Below are positions 1 to 10,847 of a DNA stretch of 64,000 bases, piece by piece. The stretch covers positions 672,001-736,000 of the forward strand of contig OZ241456.1 in the NCBI GenBank assembly GCA_965200875.1, read 5' to 3'. This DNA is from Bdellovibrionales bacterium (GTDB lineage Bacteria > Bdellovibrionota > Bdellovibrionia > Bdellovibrionales > UBA1609). How positions within the stretch are numbered: position 1 is the stretch's first letter; each line of letters begins with the position of its first letter. Below the pieces are notes generated by a model that ran no database searches, was not told the origin of the DNA, and saw only the letters and a program-made list of their open reading frames with translations. The position numbers were made by a program, and so were the translations under genes.

Positions 1-1
1 T

Positions 2-502
2 CTTTTTGCTGGGTTAAATCCGAATCAAATATGGAAGCGTCTTTCTCTTTGCCGTTTGCCGACAGGAAGAAACCAATGGGTTGAGTTATCCTCAGGAGCT
101 TGGGCACTTTTTGACGCTTATAACGCCAGCCCGGAAAGTGTGATGGCTTTGTTGGAATATTTTTTATCCCCGATAGTGAAAGGAAAAAAAATATTAATCC
201 TAGGTGATTTTCTGGAACTGGGCGATTATTTGGAGGCTTTGCAAAAAAAAATGGCCAGAAAACTGGTAGAAAGCAAAGACCTTTGTTTGATTTGGTTTAT
301 CGGTTCTCAGGCGGAAAGCTTTGCCAAAGCTTTAAAATTAACAGGCTTTTCAAAGGAGTTTTATTGTTCCACACAGTTTGATTTTGCGATTGCGAAAAAA
401 GTTTTCTCTCATCTGTCCACTTCCACTGTATTGGCTTTTAAGGCCAGCAGAAGGGCGCAGTTAGAAAAAGTGTTAAGAGAGTTTCAACTATTTCGAGGCT
501 AA
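2..502 (+). CDS. murF: UDP-MurNAc-tripeptide:D-Ala-D-Ala ligase, C-terminal part (5' end outside window)
   Basis: DAYNASPES, ILGDFLELG and FKASR motifs of the MurF C-terminal domain. Confidence 0.9.
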   Translation, partial: LFAGLNPNQIWKRLSLCRLPTGRNQWVELSSGAWALFDAYNASPESVMALLEYFLSPIVKGKKILILGDFLELGDYLEALQKKMARKLVESKDLCLIWFIGSQAESFAKALKLTGFSKEFYCSTQFDFAIAKKVFSHLSTSTVLAFKASRRAQLEKVLREFQLFRG

Positions 503-506
503 CTCC

Positions 507-534
507 TCAATAGCCCACTGGAAATAGCCGATAT
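507..534 (+). promoter_or_regulatory. FliA/sigma28-like promoter
   Basis: TCAA-N16-GCCGATAT ending 9 nt before ATG 544. Confidence 0.55.
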
Positions 535-543
535 ATATATATT

Positions 544-1251
544 ATGAAACGAATATTATTTTTCTTGTTTTTTTCATCTGTTATTGAACTGGCAAAAGCT
601 AATCCTACGACAGATAAAAAAAACAAGCCTTTGGTGTTACAGATGATGATCTCCCATCCCCGAAACACTGATCAAACCTCCTTGATTTTTAGAGAAAACA
701 AAGTGGAAATGGTGACCAACACATCCACTTGGCAGAAAAGTGAAAATCCAAAGCTAGGTCGATTTGAGTCTTCCATGACTCCTTCACTGAAGTCTTTAAA
801 ACAAAGACTTCAGTGGTATCATAGCCGGTTAAAACAAACAGTGCCTCTTTCCTCTCTGATAAAAAACAGTCGTGTTCAGCCTTCACATGCTCCGCATTCT
901 CCTATTTTTCGTCTCAATACAAAAGAGATTAAACTTGGTGAAAGTTTTTTTAAGAGATTGGAAGATATTATTCAGCAAATAGGAAATCAAAAGTGGATTT
1001 GTGTGGAATGTGCAACATACAAAAGGCATAAAAAAGGGATTGTTCGGGTTGTCCGAAAGCGAAAGGGTATGAGCAACAAAAAAGAGAATAACCAATCTAA
1101 CCCGGTTAACCAGCCTAAAAAAGAATCTGCTCGTTGGCTTGTCCAAAAAAAAATATTATCAAAAAAAAGCTTGAATTGTATCCGCAAAACAAAAACTAAG
1201 TGGGAATGTGTGGATAAACAGTTTGGAATTTTTGAAATTAAATTTCTTTAG
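544..1251 (+). CDS. Secreted basic hypothetical protein
   Basis: 235-aa ORF with N-terminal signal peptide (MKRILFFLFFSSVIELAKA). Confidence 0.7.
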   Translation: MKRILFFLFFSSVIELAKANPTTDKKNKPLVLQMMISHPRNTDQTSLIFRENKVEMVTNTSTWQKSENPKLGRFESSMTPSLKSLKQRLQWYHSRLKQTVPLSSLIKNSRVQPSHAPHSPIFRLNTKEIKLGESFFKRLEDIIQQIGNQKWICVECATYKRHKKGIVRVVRKRKGMSNKKENNQSNPVNQPKKESARWLVQKKILSKKSLNCIRKTKTKWECVDKQFGIFEIKFL

Positions 1252-1253
1252 GT

Positions 1254-3095
1254 GTGAAAATGCTTAAATCTTATAAATTATGGACTTTTTACTTTGGTGG
1301 AATAATTTTAATGTCCCATTTTTATGCCACGACTCAATCTTCATCTGAAGATCACCAGATTACTATTCCTTTTCCATATTTCAGTAGCGAGGCTATACCA
1401 GAGCACAGTATCAGTGTGTCATTTAAAAACAATGAAATAGACACATCTTCTTTTGTTGAAGCTATTAATCAATTAAGAGAGTCTGATTACGCCGACGATC
1501 TAATGGTAATGAAAAGTAGGATTGATCAAATGAGTGATTTAGATTCAGGTTTCTCAATACTTTGTGAAAAAAGTGTATCCAAAAACATCTGTATGGAAAA
1601 CGCCCAAAACAGTTTGGAAAATGCTTTTTATAAAGTGGCTCAGGAAAAAGAGAATCAGATTCTCTATCCCGAATTTTATACAGGAATTTATGGACGACCT
1701 CCAGATAGGTATATGCTCCAAGACGCCCATGAAATTTTGGACTCTGAGTGCCAAGGTCCTTATGATGCAGACAAACTATCCAATCGCATACTCAGGATCC
1801 ATCCCAATCATTGGCCTGAGTTACAGGATAAATTAAAGTATAAAGATAAAGGTTTTTTGAAACAAGTCTTACAAACAACTTATGATCAATTAAAAAGAAC
1901 AACATATCCTGAACAATGTTTCGATCTAGCCAATAAAAACCATAGAGTTTGCAAAAGAATGACAAATGATTTGAAAGTCAAAAGACACAGATTTACTTAT
2001 TTAACTGAATTAGTATATGGCCAAAACATATTACAAACCACCGAAGCTGTAGCACCTTGCCTTGATTGTGTGGAAGGCCTTTTAAGCAAAGAGCTGAGTG
2101 ATTTAAATCAGCTTTTTTCTGTTTTAGAGAAACATAGCCTGTGTTTTGATCCTACCCCTGGAGAAGAAAAACAAGTGATTAACAATAGAGACACTTACAC
2201 AGTTCGGAGAGAACGGGATGGATCTTTTTCTATTCCTTTAAACCTCAATTTTGTGGCAGATGAAGATTATGACGGGGAAATTCCAAGGGCTGAAGTGCCC
2301 ACTCATTATAAAAACAAAGTACAGGAATGTATGAAAAAAGCCAGCTCAAAACTGCTTGGTCCTAACGGAGAAAAACTTAAAATAGTTATTGAATCTCCTC
2401 CAGCAGAAAGTGCTTGTGCGCTAGAAAGTGCCAAGACTATACGAATTGGTCCTAGCAACTTTAGATCTTATAGTAGTAAATATAAAGCTAATATAGACTG
2501 TCCCACTATTACTCACGAAGTTTTGCATCTCCTAGGGCTTTGTGATGAGTATGAAGAATCCTCCAGTGGATTCTATGTGTCAGTTACAGGAGAAATAAAC
2601 CAAACAAGTATAAATGTAAATGACAAGTTTGTGTCTCAGTACGACTGTCGGGTAACAGTGCAAAACAGCATTATGTCCGATCAATATGAAAGATGGAATA
2701 ATGTGTTTATTGCCGGAGAAAATCAATCTCTCCTGCGTCCTGCGCAATTCAACAGTGTTCTTTATGGTGACTGTCCATCCAAAAACAAAGATTTTAATGA
2801 ATGTGCGGATTTAGCATATAAAAGTTCATTCGATTCAGGTAATGAGAACTGTATAGAACAAAAACGAAAGTGTATGGGAAACAATGTAATAAGACCAAAC
2901 AAAACAGAGGAATTATCAAGAATCAGGCAGGAAATAGAGTCGTTGGAAAGTGCAAAGCAAGAATTATTATTACATCGTAAGGAACACGGAACTCCTGAAA
3001 ATCTTTCATGGTATGACGATCAAATCCAATCAATTGATTCTGATCTTGAGAAATTAAGAGAAGAGTTACAAAAAGTATCTGCTTGGCCAGATTGA
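1254..3095 (+). CDS. Exported Cys-rich metzincin-like zinc metalloprotease
   Basis: HEVLHLLGLCDEY (HExxH) plus SIMS Met-turn; hydrophobic N-terminus. Confidence 0.65.
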   Translation: MKMLKSYKLWTFYFGGIILMSHFYATTQSSSEDHQITIPFPYFSSEAIPEHSISVSFKNNEIDTSSFVEAINQLRESDYADDLMVMKSRIDQMSDLDSGFSILCEKSVSKNICMENAQNSLENAFYKVAQEKENQILYPEFYTGIYGRPPDRYMLQDAHEILDSECQGPYDADKLSNRILRIHPNHWPELQDKLKYKDKGFLKQVLQTTYDQLKRTTYPEQCFDLANKNHRVCKRMTNDLKVKRHRFTYLTELVYGQNILQTTEAVAPCLDCVEGLLSKELSDLNQLFSVLEKHSLCFDPTPGEEKQVINNRDTYTVRRERDGSFSIPLNLNFVADEDYDGEIPRAEVPTHYKNKVQECMKKASSKLLGPNGEKLKIVIESPPAESACALESAKTIRIGPSNFRSYSSKYKANIDCPTITHEVLHLLGLCDEYEESSSGFYVSVTGEINQTSINVNDKFVSQYDCRVTVQNSIMSDQYERWNNVFIAGENQSLLRPAQFNSVLYGDCPSKNKDFNECADLAYKSSFDSGNENCIEQKRKCMGNNVIRPNKTEELSRIRQEIESLESAKQELLLHRKEHGTPENLSWYDDQIQSIDSDLEKLREELQKVSAWPD

Positions 3096-3120
3096 TTCTC
3101 CTGCTATTTCATTCCGAATC

Positions 3121-3320
3121 TTTTATAAAAAAATCAAGTAATAACAATGCTTTATTATTTATTCAGGACCACTGATTACTTATTTATTGCATTGCGTTGT
3201 ACTGAAATCAGGATAATCAGTCCTCCGTGAAAAAAGCTATTAACGCGTTATTATCATTTGATTTTTTTATAAAAACCTTTGAAAATAATTGTAAGCCATT
3301 ATAACAAAGCTTTTGGTTTT
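3121..3320. repeat. Two back-to-back partial copies of the dispersed intergenic repeat family
   Basis: Reverse complement of 3121-3170 matches 40395-40445 almost exactly; 3213-3320 is a degenerate forward copy. Confidence 0.75.
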
Positions 3321-3374
3321 TTTGGTAAAATCAAGTATGTAAAGCCCAAACAAAGAAAGAAAGGTTTAGAACAG

Positions 3375-3935
3375 ATGGTTTCTGAAATACAGAGATTGCT
3401 ATGGTTGGATATGGAAATGACCGGGCTGGATCCGGAAAAAGAAGTCATTATCGAAACAGCTGCTATAGTTACTAATAATAAACATGAAGAGCTGGATTCC
3501 TTTCATCAGGTGATCAAACAACATAGTGAATATCTGGAAAAAATGGATAAGTGGAACACAAACCAGCACAAAAAATCTGGGTTATATGATCTGGTTCCGA
3601 ATGGTATTCCACAGGAGCAAATGGAAAGAGAACTTATTGATTTGGTGGATAAACACTTTGACAAAAAAGAAAAAATTATTTTGGCTGGTAACTCCATTTA
3701 TCAAGATAGGATTTTTATCAAAAAGCATCTCCTGAAATTTGAAGAGAGGCTTCATTATCGTATGTTGGATGTTTCTGCATGGAAAATTATTTTTGCTGAT
3801 AAGGGTGTGGTCTTTGAAAAGGAAAACAAACATCGTGCCTTGGATGATGTTCGTGAAAGTATCAGAGAAATAAAGACATACTTAAAGTATCTTGATCACT
3901 CAAAATTTAACCTTCAATCACCTGAGACAGAGTGA
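3375..3935 (+). CDS. orn: Oligoribonuclease
   Basis: [28 protein letters not shown] and [11 protein letters not shown]; start placed at ATG 3375. Confidence 0.95.
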   Translation: MVSEIQRLLWLDMEMTGLDPEKEVIIETAAIVTNNKHEELDSFHQVIKQHSEYLEKMDKWNTNQHKKSGLYDLVPNGIPQEQMERELIDLVDKHFDKKEKIILAGNSIYQDRIFIKKHLLKFEERLHYRMLDVSAWKIIFADKGVVFEKENKHRALDDVRESIREIKTYLKYLDHSKFNLQSPETE

Positions 3936-4035
3936 TTCAATATAGATTTTCCGAGTGTAACGAAAAAATTTCCAACTTCTATCGCTATGAATATATTTGA
4001 TTTTCCAAGTGACTGGGTTTACACTCAGCAGGACA

Positions 4036-4122
4036 GGAGAGGTGGCCGAGTGGCTGAAGGCGCACGCTTGGAAAGCGTGTAGGCGGGAAACCGTCTCGAG
4101 GGTTCGAATCCCTCTCTCTCCG
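4036..4122 (+). tRNA. tRNA-Ser(GGA), CCA not encoded
   Basis: GGAGAGG acceptor stem, CACGC-TTGGAAA-GCGTG anticodon arm, long variable arm, GGTTCGAATCC T-loop. Confidence 0.97.
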
Positions 4123-4165
4123 TATTGTTTACAGCTAAAAAGCAGTTTGGATGAAAAGAGGTGAG

Positions 4166-5551
4166 ATGAAAAAACATACTGTTTTGAATAAAAAACTTTT
4201 TGGCACGGATGGTATCAGAGGAAGAGCCAATGGTTTTCCTGTTCGCCCTGATATTATTTTAAAAGTGGGCCAAGCTATGGGATATTTGCTGAGAAAGAAC
4301 AATAATAAAGATAAAAAAGCCCCGATGGTTCTAATTGGAAAAGACACTCGCCTTTCCGGTTATATGTTAGAACAAGCTTTGGCTAGTGGATTGAACTCTA
4401 TGGGAATATGGGTACAGCTGACAGGCCCTTTACCTACTCCAGGGATTGGTTTTCTGGCAAGAAACATGAGAGCAATGGCAGGTGTTGTGATTTCTGCTTC
4501 TCATAATCCCTACAAGGATAATGGAATCAAAATTTTTGATGCACAAGGATTTAAAATTTCCAAAGATATGGAAGAGGAGATTGAATCGCTTGTGTTTTCC
4601 AATACACTCAACGAATTAATAGTCCCTTTTGATCAGATAGGGCGCAGTCGTCGTATTGATGATTCTGCTGGCCGATATATTGTTCATGTCAAGAATACCT
4701 TTCCCTTAAAGGACACCTTGGATGGTATGCGTGTAGCACTGGATTGTGCTCATGGTGCTTGCTACAAGGTGGCTCCAAAAATTTTTGAGGAACTGGGTGC
4801 GGAAGTGTTTGTGGCTGGTAATAACCCCAATGGGTATAATATCAATGAGCAATCTGGAACTTTGCACACAAAACAAATTCAAGAGGCTGTACTCAAATAC
4901 AAGGCAGATGTGGGAATCAGTTTGGATGGTGATGGGGACAGGGTGATTATGGCGGATGAGAAAGGAAACTTGGTGAATGGGGATCATATTTTGGGAATTT
5001 GTGCTTTGAGTTTGCAAAAAAAAGGGGAACTGAAAGGTCATAAAATAGCGGTTACTCCTATGTCCAATATGGGCTTGGCAACTCTGTTGAAGAAAAAAAA
5101 TATTCAAGTGGAACGAACAGAGATAGGGGACAGGAATGTCGTGGAATATATGAAAAAAAACAATATTGCCTTGGGAGGGGAGTCTTCAGGGCATATTATA
5201 TTTTTGGATCAGAGTACAACAGGAGATGGTTGTGTGGCGGCTTTAAATGTATTGGCGGTTATGTGTTCAGAAAATAAAACTCTTTCAGAGTTGAGTACAG
5301 TGTTTTCGTTAGTTCCTCAAGTTCAAAAATCAGTGGCTGTAAAGCACAAGCGTGAGCTGAACAGTCTACCTGGATACAGCTCTTTAATAAAAAAAGTGAA
5401 AGAGAATTTAAAAGGTAAAGGCCGGGTGTATGTGAGATATTCAGGAACAGAGCTGGTTGTCAGAATTTTAGTGGAGGGAGAGGATGAAAAACTTATTAAA
5501 AACAGCGCGGAAGAAATATCCTGCTTCCTTAATAAAGAGCTTGGTATGTAG
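4166..5551 (+). CDS. glmM: Phosphoglucosamine mutase
   Basis: [43 protein letters not shown] before ATG 4166. Confidence 0.97.
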   Translation: MKKHTVLNKKLFGTDGIRGRANGFPVRPDIILKVGQAMGYLLRKNNNKDKKAPMVLIGKDTRLSGYMLEQALASGLNSMGIWVQLTGPLPTPGIGFLARNMRAMAGVVISASHNPYKDNGIKIFDAQGFKISKDMEEEIESLVFSNTLNELIVPFDQIGRSRRIDDSAGRYIVHVKNTFPLKDTLDGMRVALDCAHGACYKVAPKIFEELGAEVFVAGNNPNGYNINEQSGTLHTKQIQEAVLKYKADVGISLDGDGDRVIMADEKGNLVNGDHILGICALSLQKKGELKGHKIAVTPMSNMGLATLLKKKNIQVERTEIGDRNVVEYMKKNNIALGGESSGHIIFLDQSTTGDGCVAALNVLAVMCSENKTLSELSTVFSLVPQVQKSVAVKHKRELNSLPGYSSLIKKVKENLKGKGRVYVRYSGTELVVRILVEGEDEKLIKNSAEEISCFLNKELGM

Positions 5552-5559
5552 GGTACAAA

Positions 5560-6747
5560 GTGATGGCAAAAAAAACAAAAGTGATTATTGTGGGTGGTGG
5601 AATTGCCGGCCTAGCTATGGGCAGAGCACTTGATATAATCGGCATGGATTATATAATATTGGAAAGATCTCCCGTTATCAGTGAGGTGGGAACAGGCATT
5701 GCTATATGGAGTAATGGAGCTTTTTGTTTAAAAAGACTTGGCTTGGAAGATCAATTTGAAAGAAAATCTTTACATTACGATAAAAGTTGTTTTTTAAATC
5801 ATAAAGGCAAAACTTTGCTCAATATGGATCTTTCGGACTGTAAAAAGAAATTTGGTGCTTCCAGCTCCCGGATCCATAGAGCGGAATTGATAGACATTCT
5901 TTTATGTTCAGTCAAATCTGAGAATGTTTTGTTAAACAGTGAAGTGCAGTCTTTTTTGGAATCTGACACAGGTGTTACAGTTCAATTAGTGTCCGGTAAA
6001 AAAATCGAAGGGGATATTTTAATAGGAGCAGATGGTATACATTCGGTGATTCGTAAACATTTACGGGATGACAGGCAACCAAAATACGCGGGTTATACCT
6101 GCTGGAGAGGGCTTATTGCTATAGATCGTGTTTCTCCTTTATTCAGGAGTAAAGGAGTTCTTGGGATGGGGCCAGGTTGTCTATTTGGTTTTGATCGATT
6201 AAGAGGTCGTAAAGCTTATTGGTTCGCGGCAACACTGGTCCGGCCAGATTCCTCTAAAGAGTGTAAACTGGAAATGTTAAAGAAAAAATTTTTTGAATGG
6301 CCAAAAAGCATCAGGGACATTATTGATTACACCCCTGAAAATTATATTATAAGACATGACATATTGTATTTAGATCCTAAAAAAAACTGGGGGAAAGGGA
6401 AATGCACTTTAATCGGAGACTCCGCCCACGGTGCTACTCATGATTTAGCACAAGGGGCTTGTATGGCTCTTGAAGATGCAGTGGAATTAGCTTATTTGTT
6501 TTCCATGTATTCAAATAAGGAACAGGCTTTAAGGGTATTTGAAAAAAAAAGATATGCCCGCACTGCTGATATGATAAAAAAATCCAGATTGGTTGGTAAA
6601 GCCAGTATTTTAAGTCATCCTTTTCCAGTGGCTATTCGCAATCTGGTTTTTTCTGTTATAGGAGGGGAAGGGCTTAAATGGATGATGAAAAAATACATTG
6701 ATTATCATGTGCCTGATTTAAAATGCAAAACGGGAGCGATAGAATGA
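5560..6747 (+). CDS. FAD-dependent monooxygenase (salicylate hydroxylase-like)
   Basis: GGGIAG, GADGIHS and LIGDSAH...QGACMALEDA motifs. Confidence 0.9.
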   Translation: MMAKKTKVIIVGGGIAGLAMGRALDIIGMDYIILERSPVISEVGTGIAIWSNGAFCLKRLGLEDQFERKSLHYDKSCFLNHKGKTLLNMDLSDCKKKFGASSSRIHRAELIDILLCSVKSENVLLNSEVQSFLESDTGVTVQLVSGKKIEGDILIGADGIHSVIRKHLRDDRQPKYAGYTCWRGLIAIDRVSPLFRSKGVLGMGPGCLFGFDRLRGRKAYWFAATLVRPDSSKECKLEMLKKKFFEWPKSIRDIIDYTPENYIIRHDILYLDPKKNWGKGKCTLIGDSAHGATHDLAQGACMALEDAVELAYLFSMYSNKEQALRVFEKKRYARTADMIKKSRLVGKASILSHPFPVAIRNLVFSVIGGEGLKWMMKKYIDYHVPDLKCKTGAIE

Positions 6748-8315
6748 AGTCAATGATTCCAAATAGTGCTGACTTTACACCTTTGGTTAACTCCCGCCAA
6801 AGTGCTGAGTTAGATTACTCAGCCAAGGTCGACTATGGCTTAAGCACAGATCTTTTAATGGAGACGGCTGGTGCTTTGTCTGCTCAGAAAGTTATTTCTT
6901 ATTTAAACCACCTTGATGGGAAATTGCTTGCAGGTGTAAGACGCTCATCTTTTTCTGTGATGGTTTTATGTGGCCCGGGAAATAATGGAGGTGATGGTTT
7001 GGTTCTGGCTCGTCATCTTTTATCTGAAGGGATTGCTGTAAAAGTTTTTTTGTCAAGTGTTAAACGACAGAGGAGTCATCCTCAAAACTTACTTCTGGAA
7101 AGTCAGAAATTTCGTTCTCTTGGTATAACTTTTTATCCTTTGGAGGATATGCAAAAAATAAAACAAATGGATGAAAAATGTTTACTGATTGTGGATGCTC
7201 TTTTTGGAGTGGGGTTGAACCGAAATATAGAAGGTATTTATGCAGAATTAATAAAATGGGTTAACTCAATAGACAAGCCAGTTGTTTCTCTGGACACTTC
7301 CTCTGGACTGGATGTAAATACAGGACAGATAAAAGGACAAGCAATAAAAGCAGATCTAACATTAACTTTTGGTTTGGCCAAGCCAGGATTTTACCTTATG
7401 CAGGGTCCTGAGCATACTGGTCGGATAGAAGTGTTTTCCATTGGTTTCCCTTTTCCTCTTTTAAGAGAAAAAGCCTGCACACATTTTCTTATTGATAAAT
7501 ATTGGGTATCCTCTCATCTGCCAGAGCGTAAACCAACAGATCATAAAGCCAACCACGGGCATTTATTGGTGGTGGCCGGGAGTGAAGGTATGTGGGGAGC
7601 TGGTGCATTGACAGCTCTTTCCGCTTATCGTATGGGAGCAGGTTATGTCACTTGGGCAGTCCCGTGCGCAAATGATGTAACTGGAAAAATTGGAAATATC
7701 CCCGATATGTTGACGCAGGATTTATCCGACCTCGATCTTTTCCGGAATAAAACTTCTGTCGCTATAGGGCCTGGGCTTGGAACAGGAGAGAAAACAAAAA
7801 ATCTACTGTTGGAATTAAAGAAAACAACTTTGCCAGTTGTAGTGGATGCTTCTGCTTTTTTAGTATGCGTGAAAGAAAACCTTTTTCCCCTGCCATCTCA
7901 TTGGGTGATCACACCTCATAGTGGTGAGCTGTCTCGATTGTTTGGCATTACGGGAAAACAGGTGGATCAGGATCGTTGCTCTTACGCTATGAAGGCGAGC
8001 CAGAAGACAGGGTGTCTTGTATTGCTTAAGGGGTTTCATTCCGTATTAGCACAAAGTGATAAGTGTTGGATTATTCCTGCTGGCAACTCTAGTTTAGCCA
8101 AGGCGGGAACAGGAGATGTGCTCACAGGATTTATTGGTGCTCTCATGGCGCGTTGTCTAAACACTTTTTCCGCTACTGCTGTTGCCTCTTTTGTTCACGG
8201 GCTTTTAGCGGAGGGATGGCTTGCTGAAGGAAAAGACAAGGATAGTTTAATGGCTCAGGATCTTAAAGATATCCTGCCTGTTGTTTTGAAAAAACTTAAA
8301 AAGTTATCAAAATAA
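6744..8315 (+). CDS. nnr: Bifunctional NAD(P)HX epimerase/dehydratase (YjeF)
   Basis: CGPGNNGGDG, DALFGVG, IGPGLG, ITPHSGE, AGTGDVL. Confidence 0.95.
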   Translation: MKSMIPNSADFTPLVNSRQSAELDYSAKVDYGLSTDLLMETAGALSAQKVISYLNHLDGKLLAGVRRSSFSVMVLCGPGNNGGDGLVLARHLLSEGIAVKVFLSSVKRQRSHPQNLLLESQKFRSLGITFYPLEDMQKIKQMDEKCLLIVDALFGVGLNRNIEGIYAELIKWVNSIDKPVVSLDTSSGLDVNTGQIKGQAIKADLTLTFGLAKPGFYLMQGPEHTGRIEVFSIGFPFPLLREKACTHFLIDKYWVSSHLPERKPTDHKANHGHLLVVAGSEGMWGAGALTALSAYRMGAGYVTWAVPCANDVTGKIGNIPDMLTQDLSDLDLFRNKTSVAIGPGLGTGEKTKNLLLELKKTTLPVVVDASAFLVCVKENLFPLPSHWVITPHSGELSRLFGITGKQVDQDRCSYAMKASQKTGCLVLLKGFHSVLAQSDKCWIIPAGNSSLAKAGTGDVLTGFIGALMARCLNTFSATAVASFVHGLLAEGWLAEGKDKDSLMAQDLKDILPVVLKKLKKLSK

Positions 8316-8323
8316 GGCTTTGA

Positions 8324-8830
8324 ATGTTAAAAAAAAATATCACTTTAAAAAATATGCCTACGGTTGTTGAAGAGCTGAAAGCTCTTATAAAAAAACCACA
8401 GGTGTTGTTATTGGAAGGACCTCTGGGAGTGGGGAAAACCACTTTTGTTCGTTTTTTATTGGAAGGCAACACATTGCATCGTGCTCGGAGGGCCATGAAA
8501 GCCAGCCCACAAACAAAAATACAAGTGGCTTCACCGGCTTTTGCGATTCAACATAGTTATCCTTCCTCTGATGGAGATATTTACCATATAGATCTCTATC
8601 GGTTAAAAAATGATGTTGATTTGGAATCAACAGGATTTTGGGATGTTTTTTCTGAACCGGAGACAAAGCAGATAATCATTATAGAGTGGGCGAATCGTCT
8701 TAATTCAGATTGCTTTCCGCCAGGATGGAATTATATCAGGCTGATATTTTCTTTTGGAAAAAAAGAAAATACTCGTGACATAAAGTCGGAAGTTTTTAAA
8801 CCTTGTGGTTTTTCCTTGGTGATTAAATAA
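8324..8830 (+). CDS. tsaE: tRNA threonylcarbamoyladenosine biosynthesis ATPase
   Basis: GPLGVGKTT, HIDLYRL and IIEWA; follows nnr. Confidence 0.93.
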   Translation: MLKKNITLKNMPTVVEELKALIKKPQVLLLEGPLGVGKTTFVRFLLEGNTLHRARRAMKASPQTKIQVASPAFAIQHSYPSSDGDIYHIDLYRLKNDVDLESTGFWDVFSEPETKQIIIIEWANRLNSDCFPPGWNYIRLIFSFGKKENTRDIKSEVFKPCGFSLVIK

Positions 8831-8857
8831 AAGATGACCAAATAATCAAAAAAACTT

Positions 8858-10072
8858 TTAATGTTTTTCATTTATTTTTTTGGAGGTTGTGATAAAATTT
8901 TCAACTCCACTTTGAGTAAAAATGCTGACTTTTTCCAAAGCTCTTTCCTGAATCCTACCAAGTACCTTTTCTGTTCTGTCCAAAGAAATTTTAATATTCC
9001 CGAAGTGAAGTATTTTTTCCATATCACCAGAAAGAGCCACCCCCATAACAGCCATTGTCTGTTCAAAACTGGTAAGCTCCCGTCCTGTTAAAAGATGATG
9101 GCCTGTCAAGGCTTCATACACATCTTTCCCCAACCCCACATAAGGAGTCATACCCAAGGCTATGTCAGCGGTTGCCTCCCCTATCTGATATGCCAATTCC
9201 GCATCTGGCTTGTTTCCATTGGCATATTCTGCGTCTGCGGTCTCTATTGCCACCAAGGACAAAGTACGCGCTACCCGGCCTTGTTCATGGTAAGGGTTTG
9301 CTGTGTGAGCTTTTGAGTAAAGTTTGCGATTCTTATCCAAGAACTCTCCCTCAGGAGAAAGCAACTGATAGGGAATATCGTTTTGTTGTGGGTTTTGTGT
9401 TTCTTCTGTATTTTCGTGCTCAATGATACCTAGTTCATGTCGAGCGTATTGTGCTTGCAATATTTCATTGATAACATTTGTGACATTTTTTTTGTGATAT
9501 TCTGCGGAAGTGTTTAGATTAGTAGTTTCAACTGGTATACTCATCTCTAAAGATAGAAGAGACTCTGAGACAACTTGCTCCTCAAACTTGGAAGTGTTTT
9601 GCAACAAAGCTCTTCGGGATTCTTCAACTTGAGTATTTTGCCCCTCAGTCACCTTAGTGTAAGCTTTTTCTTCTAAAGCCAAGAGTGTTGTTTGTATGTT
9701 TTGCTCATTCCATGAAAATAGACAGATTTTGTTGTTCTTCAATCGCAAGTTGATAGCTGATGAGCGGACCTGAGATTCAATCTGACTTATGGTATTCAAT
9801 ATTTTTTTGTGTTTTTGTGTGTCGCTCAGTTTCGTGTTTGCCAGTATTTTTTCCAGATCTTGGTTTATTGTTTTCTCTATTTTGTTTGTTAAATCCTGTA
9901 CCAGATGTTGTTTTTGCTCTACGGAGCATTCAAACTGTGTGTTGTCCAGATTTGTCCTATGATTCAAAATGTTATGATGATTCAAAATATTCACAAATTT
10001 TTGTAGCTTCATTATTTCAGCTCTACAAAACTTTGGAGCCCTTCTTTCAAACCCTAACGACTTTATGGACAA
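8858..10072 (-). CDS. Pre-toxin TG (PT-TG) domain protein with no evident toxin tip
   Basis: DIALGMTPYVGLGKDVYEALTGHHLLTGRELT matches the PT-TG pattern; only ~55 aa follow. Confidence 0.7.
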   Translation of the reverse strand: MSIKSLGFERRAPKFCRAEIMKLQKFVNILNHHNILNHRTNLDNTQFECSVEQKQHLVQDLTNKIEKTINQDLEKILANTKLSDTQKHKKILNTISQIESQVRSSAINLRLKNNKICLFSWNEQNIQTTLLALEEKAYTKVTEGQNTQVEESRRALLQNTSKFEEQVVSESLLSLEMSIPVETTNLNTSAEYHKKNVTNVINEILQAQYARHELGIIEHENTEETQNPQQNDIPYQLLSPEGEFLDKNRKLYSKAHTANPYHEQGRVARTLSLVAIETADAEYANGNKPDAELAYQIGEATADIALGMTPYVGLGKDVYEALTGHHLLTGRELTSFEQTMAVMGVALSGDMEKILHFGNIKISLDRTEKVLGRIQERALEKVSIFTQSGVENFITTSKKINEKH

Positions 10073-10225
10073 TCTCTTTTTTTACTCCCTAGTTGTGTAA
10101 AATATACATATAAAGTATAAAAGAAAATTTTAAGAATCACTACTAATAAAGGTTCACTTTGCATATTGTCAAATATTTTTTTTAACAGAGTCTTTATTTA
10201 TTTAATTTCTTAAACCTACTTCCTT

Positions 10226-10357
10226 TTATGAGGCTAACAGATTGAATAAAACTTTTTTCATCTCTTTTAAGATTTTAACTTTTGATTCTATATTTTTAAA
10301 AGTTTCCGGCTGATCATTCTTTGGAGAGTAGTTTTTCAAGTCAGCAAAAGTATTCAT
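10226..10357 (-). CDS. 43-aa small ORF (MNTFADLKNYSPKNDQ...)
   Basis: ATG 10357 to TAA 10226, starting 13 nt after a consensus sigma28 promoter. Confidence 0.4.
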   Translation of the reverse strand: MNTFADLKNYSPKNDQPETFKNIESKVKILKEMKKVLFNLLAS

Positions 10358-10370
10358 ACTATAATCTGGC

Positions 10371-10397
10371 TTATCGGCCATTCCTGACAAGACTTTA
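10371..10397 (-). promoter_or_regulatory. FliA/sigma28 promoter
   Basis: Exact consensus TAAA-N15-GCCGATAA. Confidence 0.8.
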
Positions 10398-10604
10398 GGG
10401 AAAGTTTAAATAAATTTAAAAAAAGGGAATCATATTTCCTTTCAAGAAGCCATTTAAAGAAGTTTATTAAAAATATGATATATAGGTTCCATTAGCGGTA
10501 AAAAATAGTTTCATTGTTGGAAATATAAGGGTCGATCCAGAAAGAGTTTTTTGATAGTCCTTTGAATCTTGTAATAATGGTGATATTGGTCTTTCCTCTA
10601 ATGT

Positions 10605-10847
10605 TTAATCACCACTCTTAAGTTTTTTAATTTCTTCTTCGGAAAGTCCTGTGCCTTTACAAAGAGCTTGCAAATCCACTCCAGTTTTAAGTAATTTTGC
10701 AATCAGCTCTTTTTGACCTTCCTGCCGACCTTGTTGCATGCCTTGTTGTATACCTTCCAGCCGGCCTTCCTGTATACCTTCCAGCCGGCCTTGTTGCATG
10801 CCTTGTTGCCTAGCTTCATCATACGAAGATTTTAATAATGGCATCAT
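10605..10847 (-). CDS. Putative intragenic small Rpn (RpnS-like antitoxin), 80 aa
   Basis: Internal SD GAGGAGG 8 nt before in-frame ATG 10847, just ahead of the repeat tail. Confidence 0.7.
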   Translation of the reverse strand: MMPLLKSSYDEARQQGMQQGRLEGIQEGRLEGIQQGMQQGRQEGQKELIAKLLKTGVDLQALCKGTGLSEEEIKKLKSGD

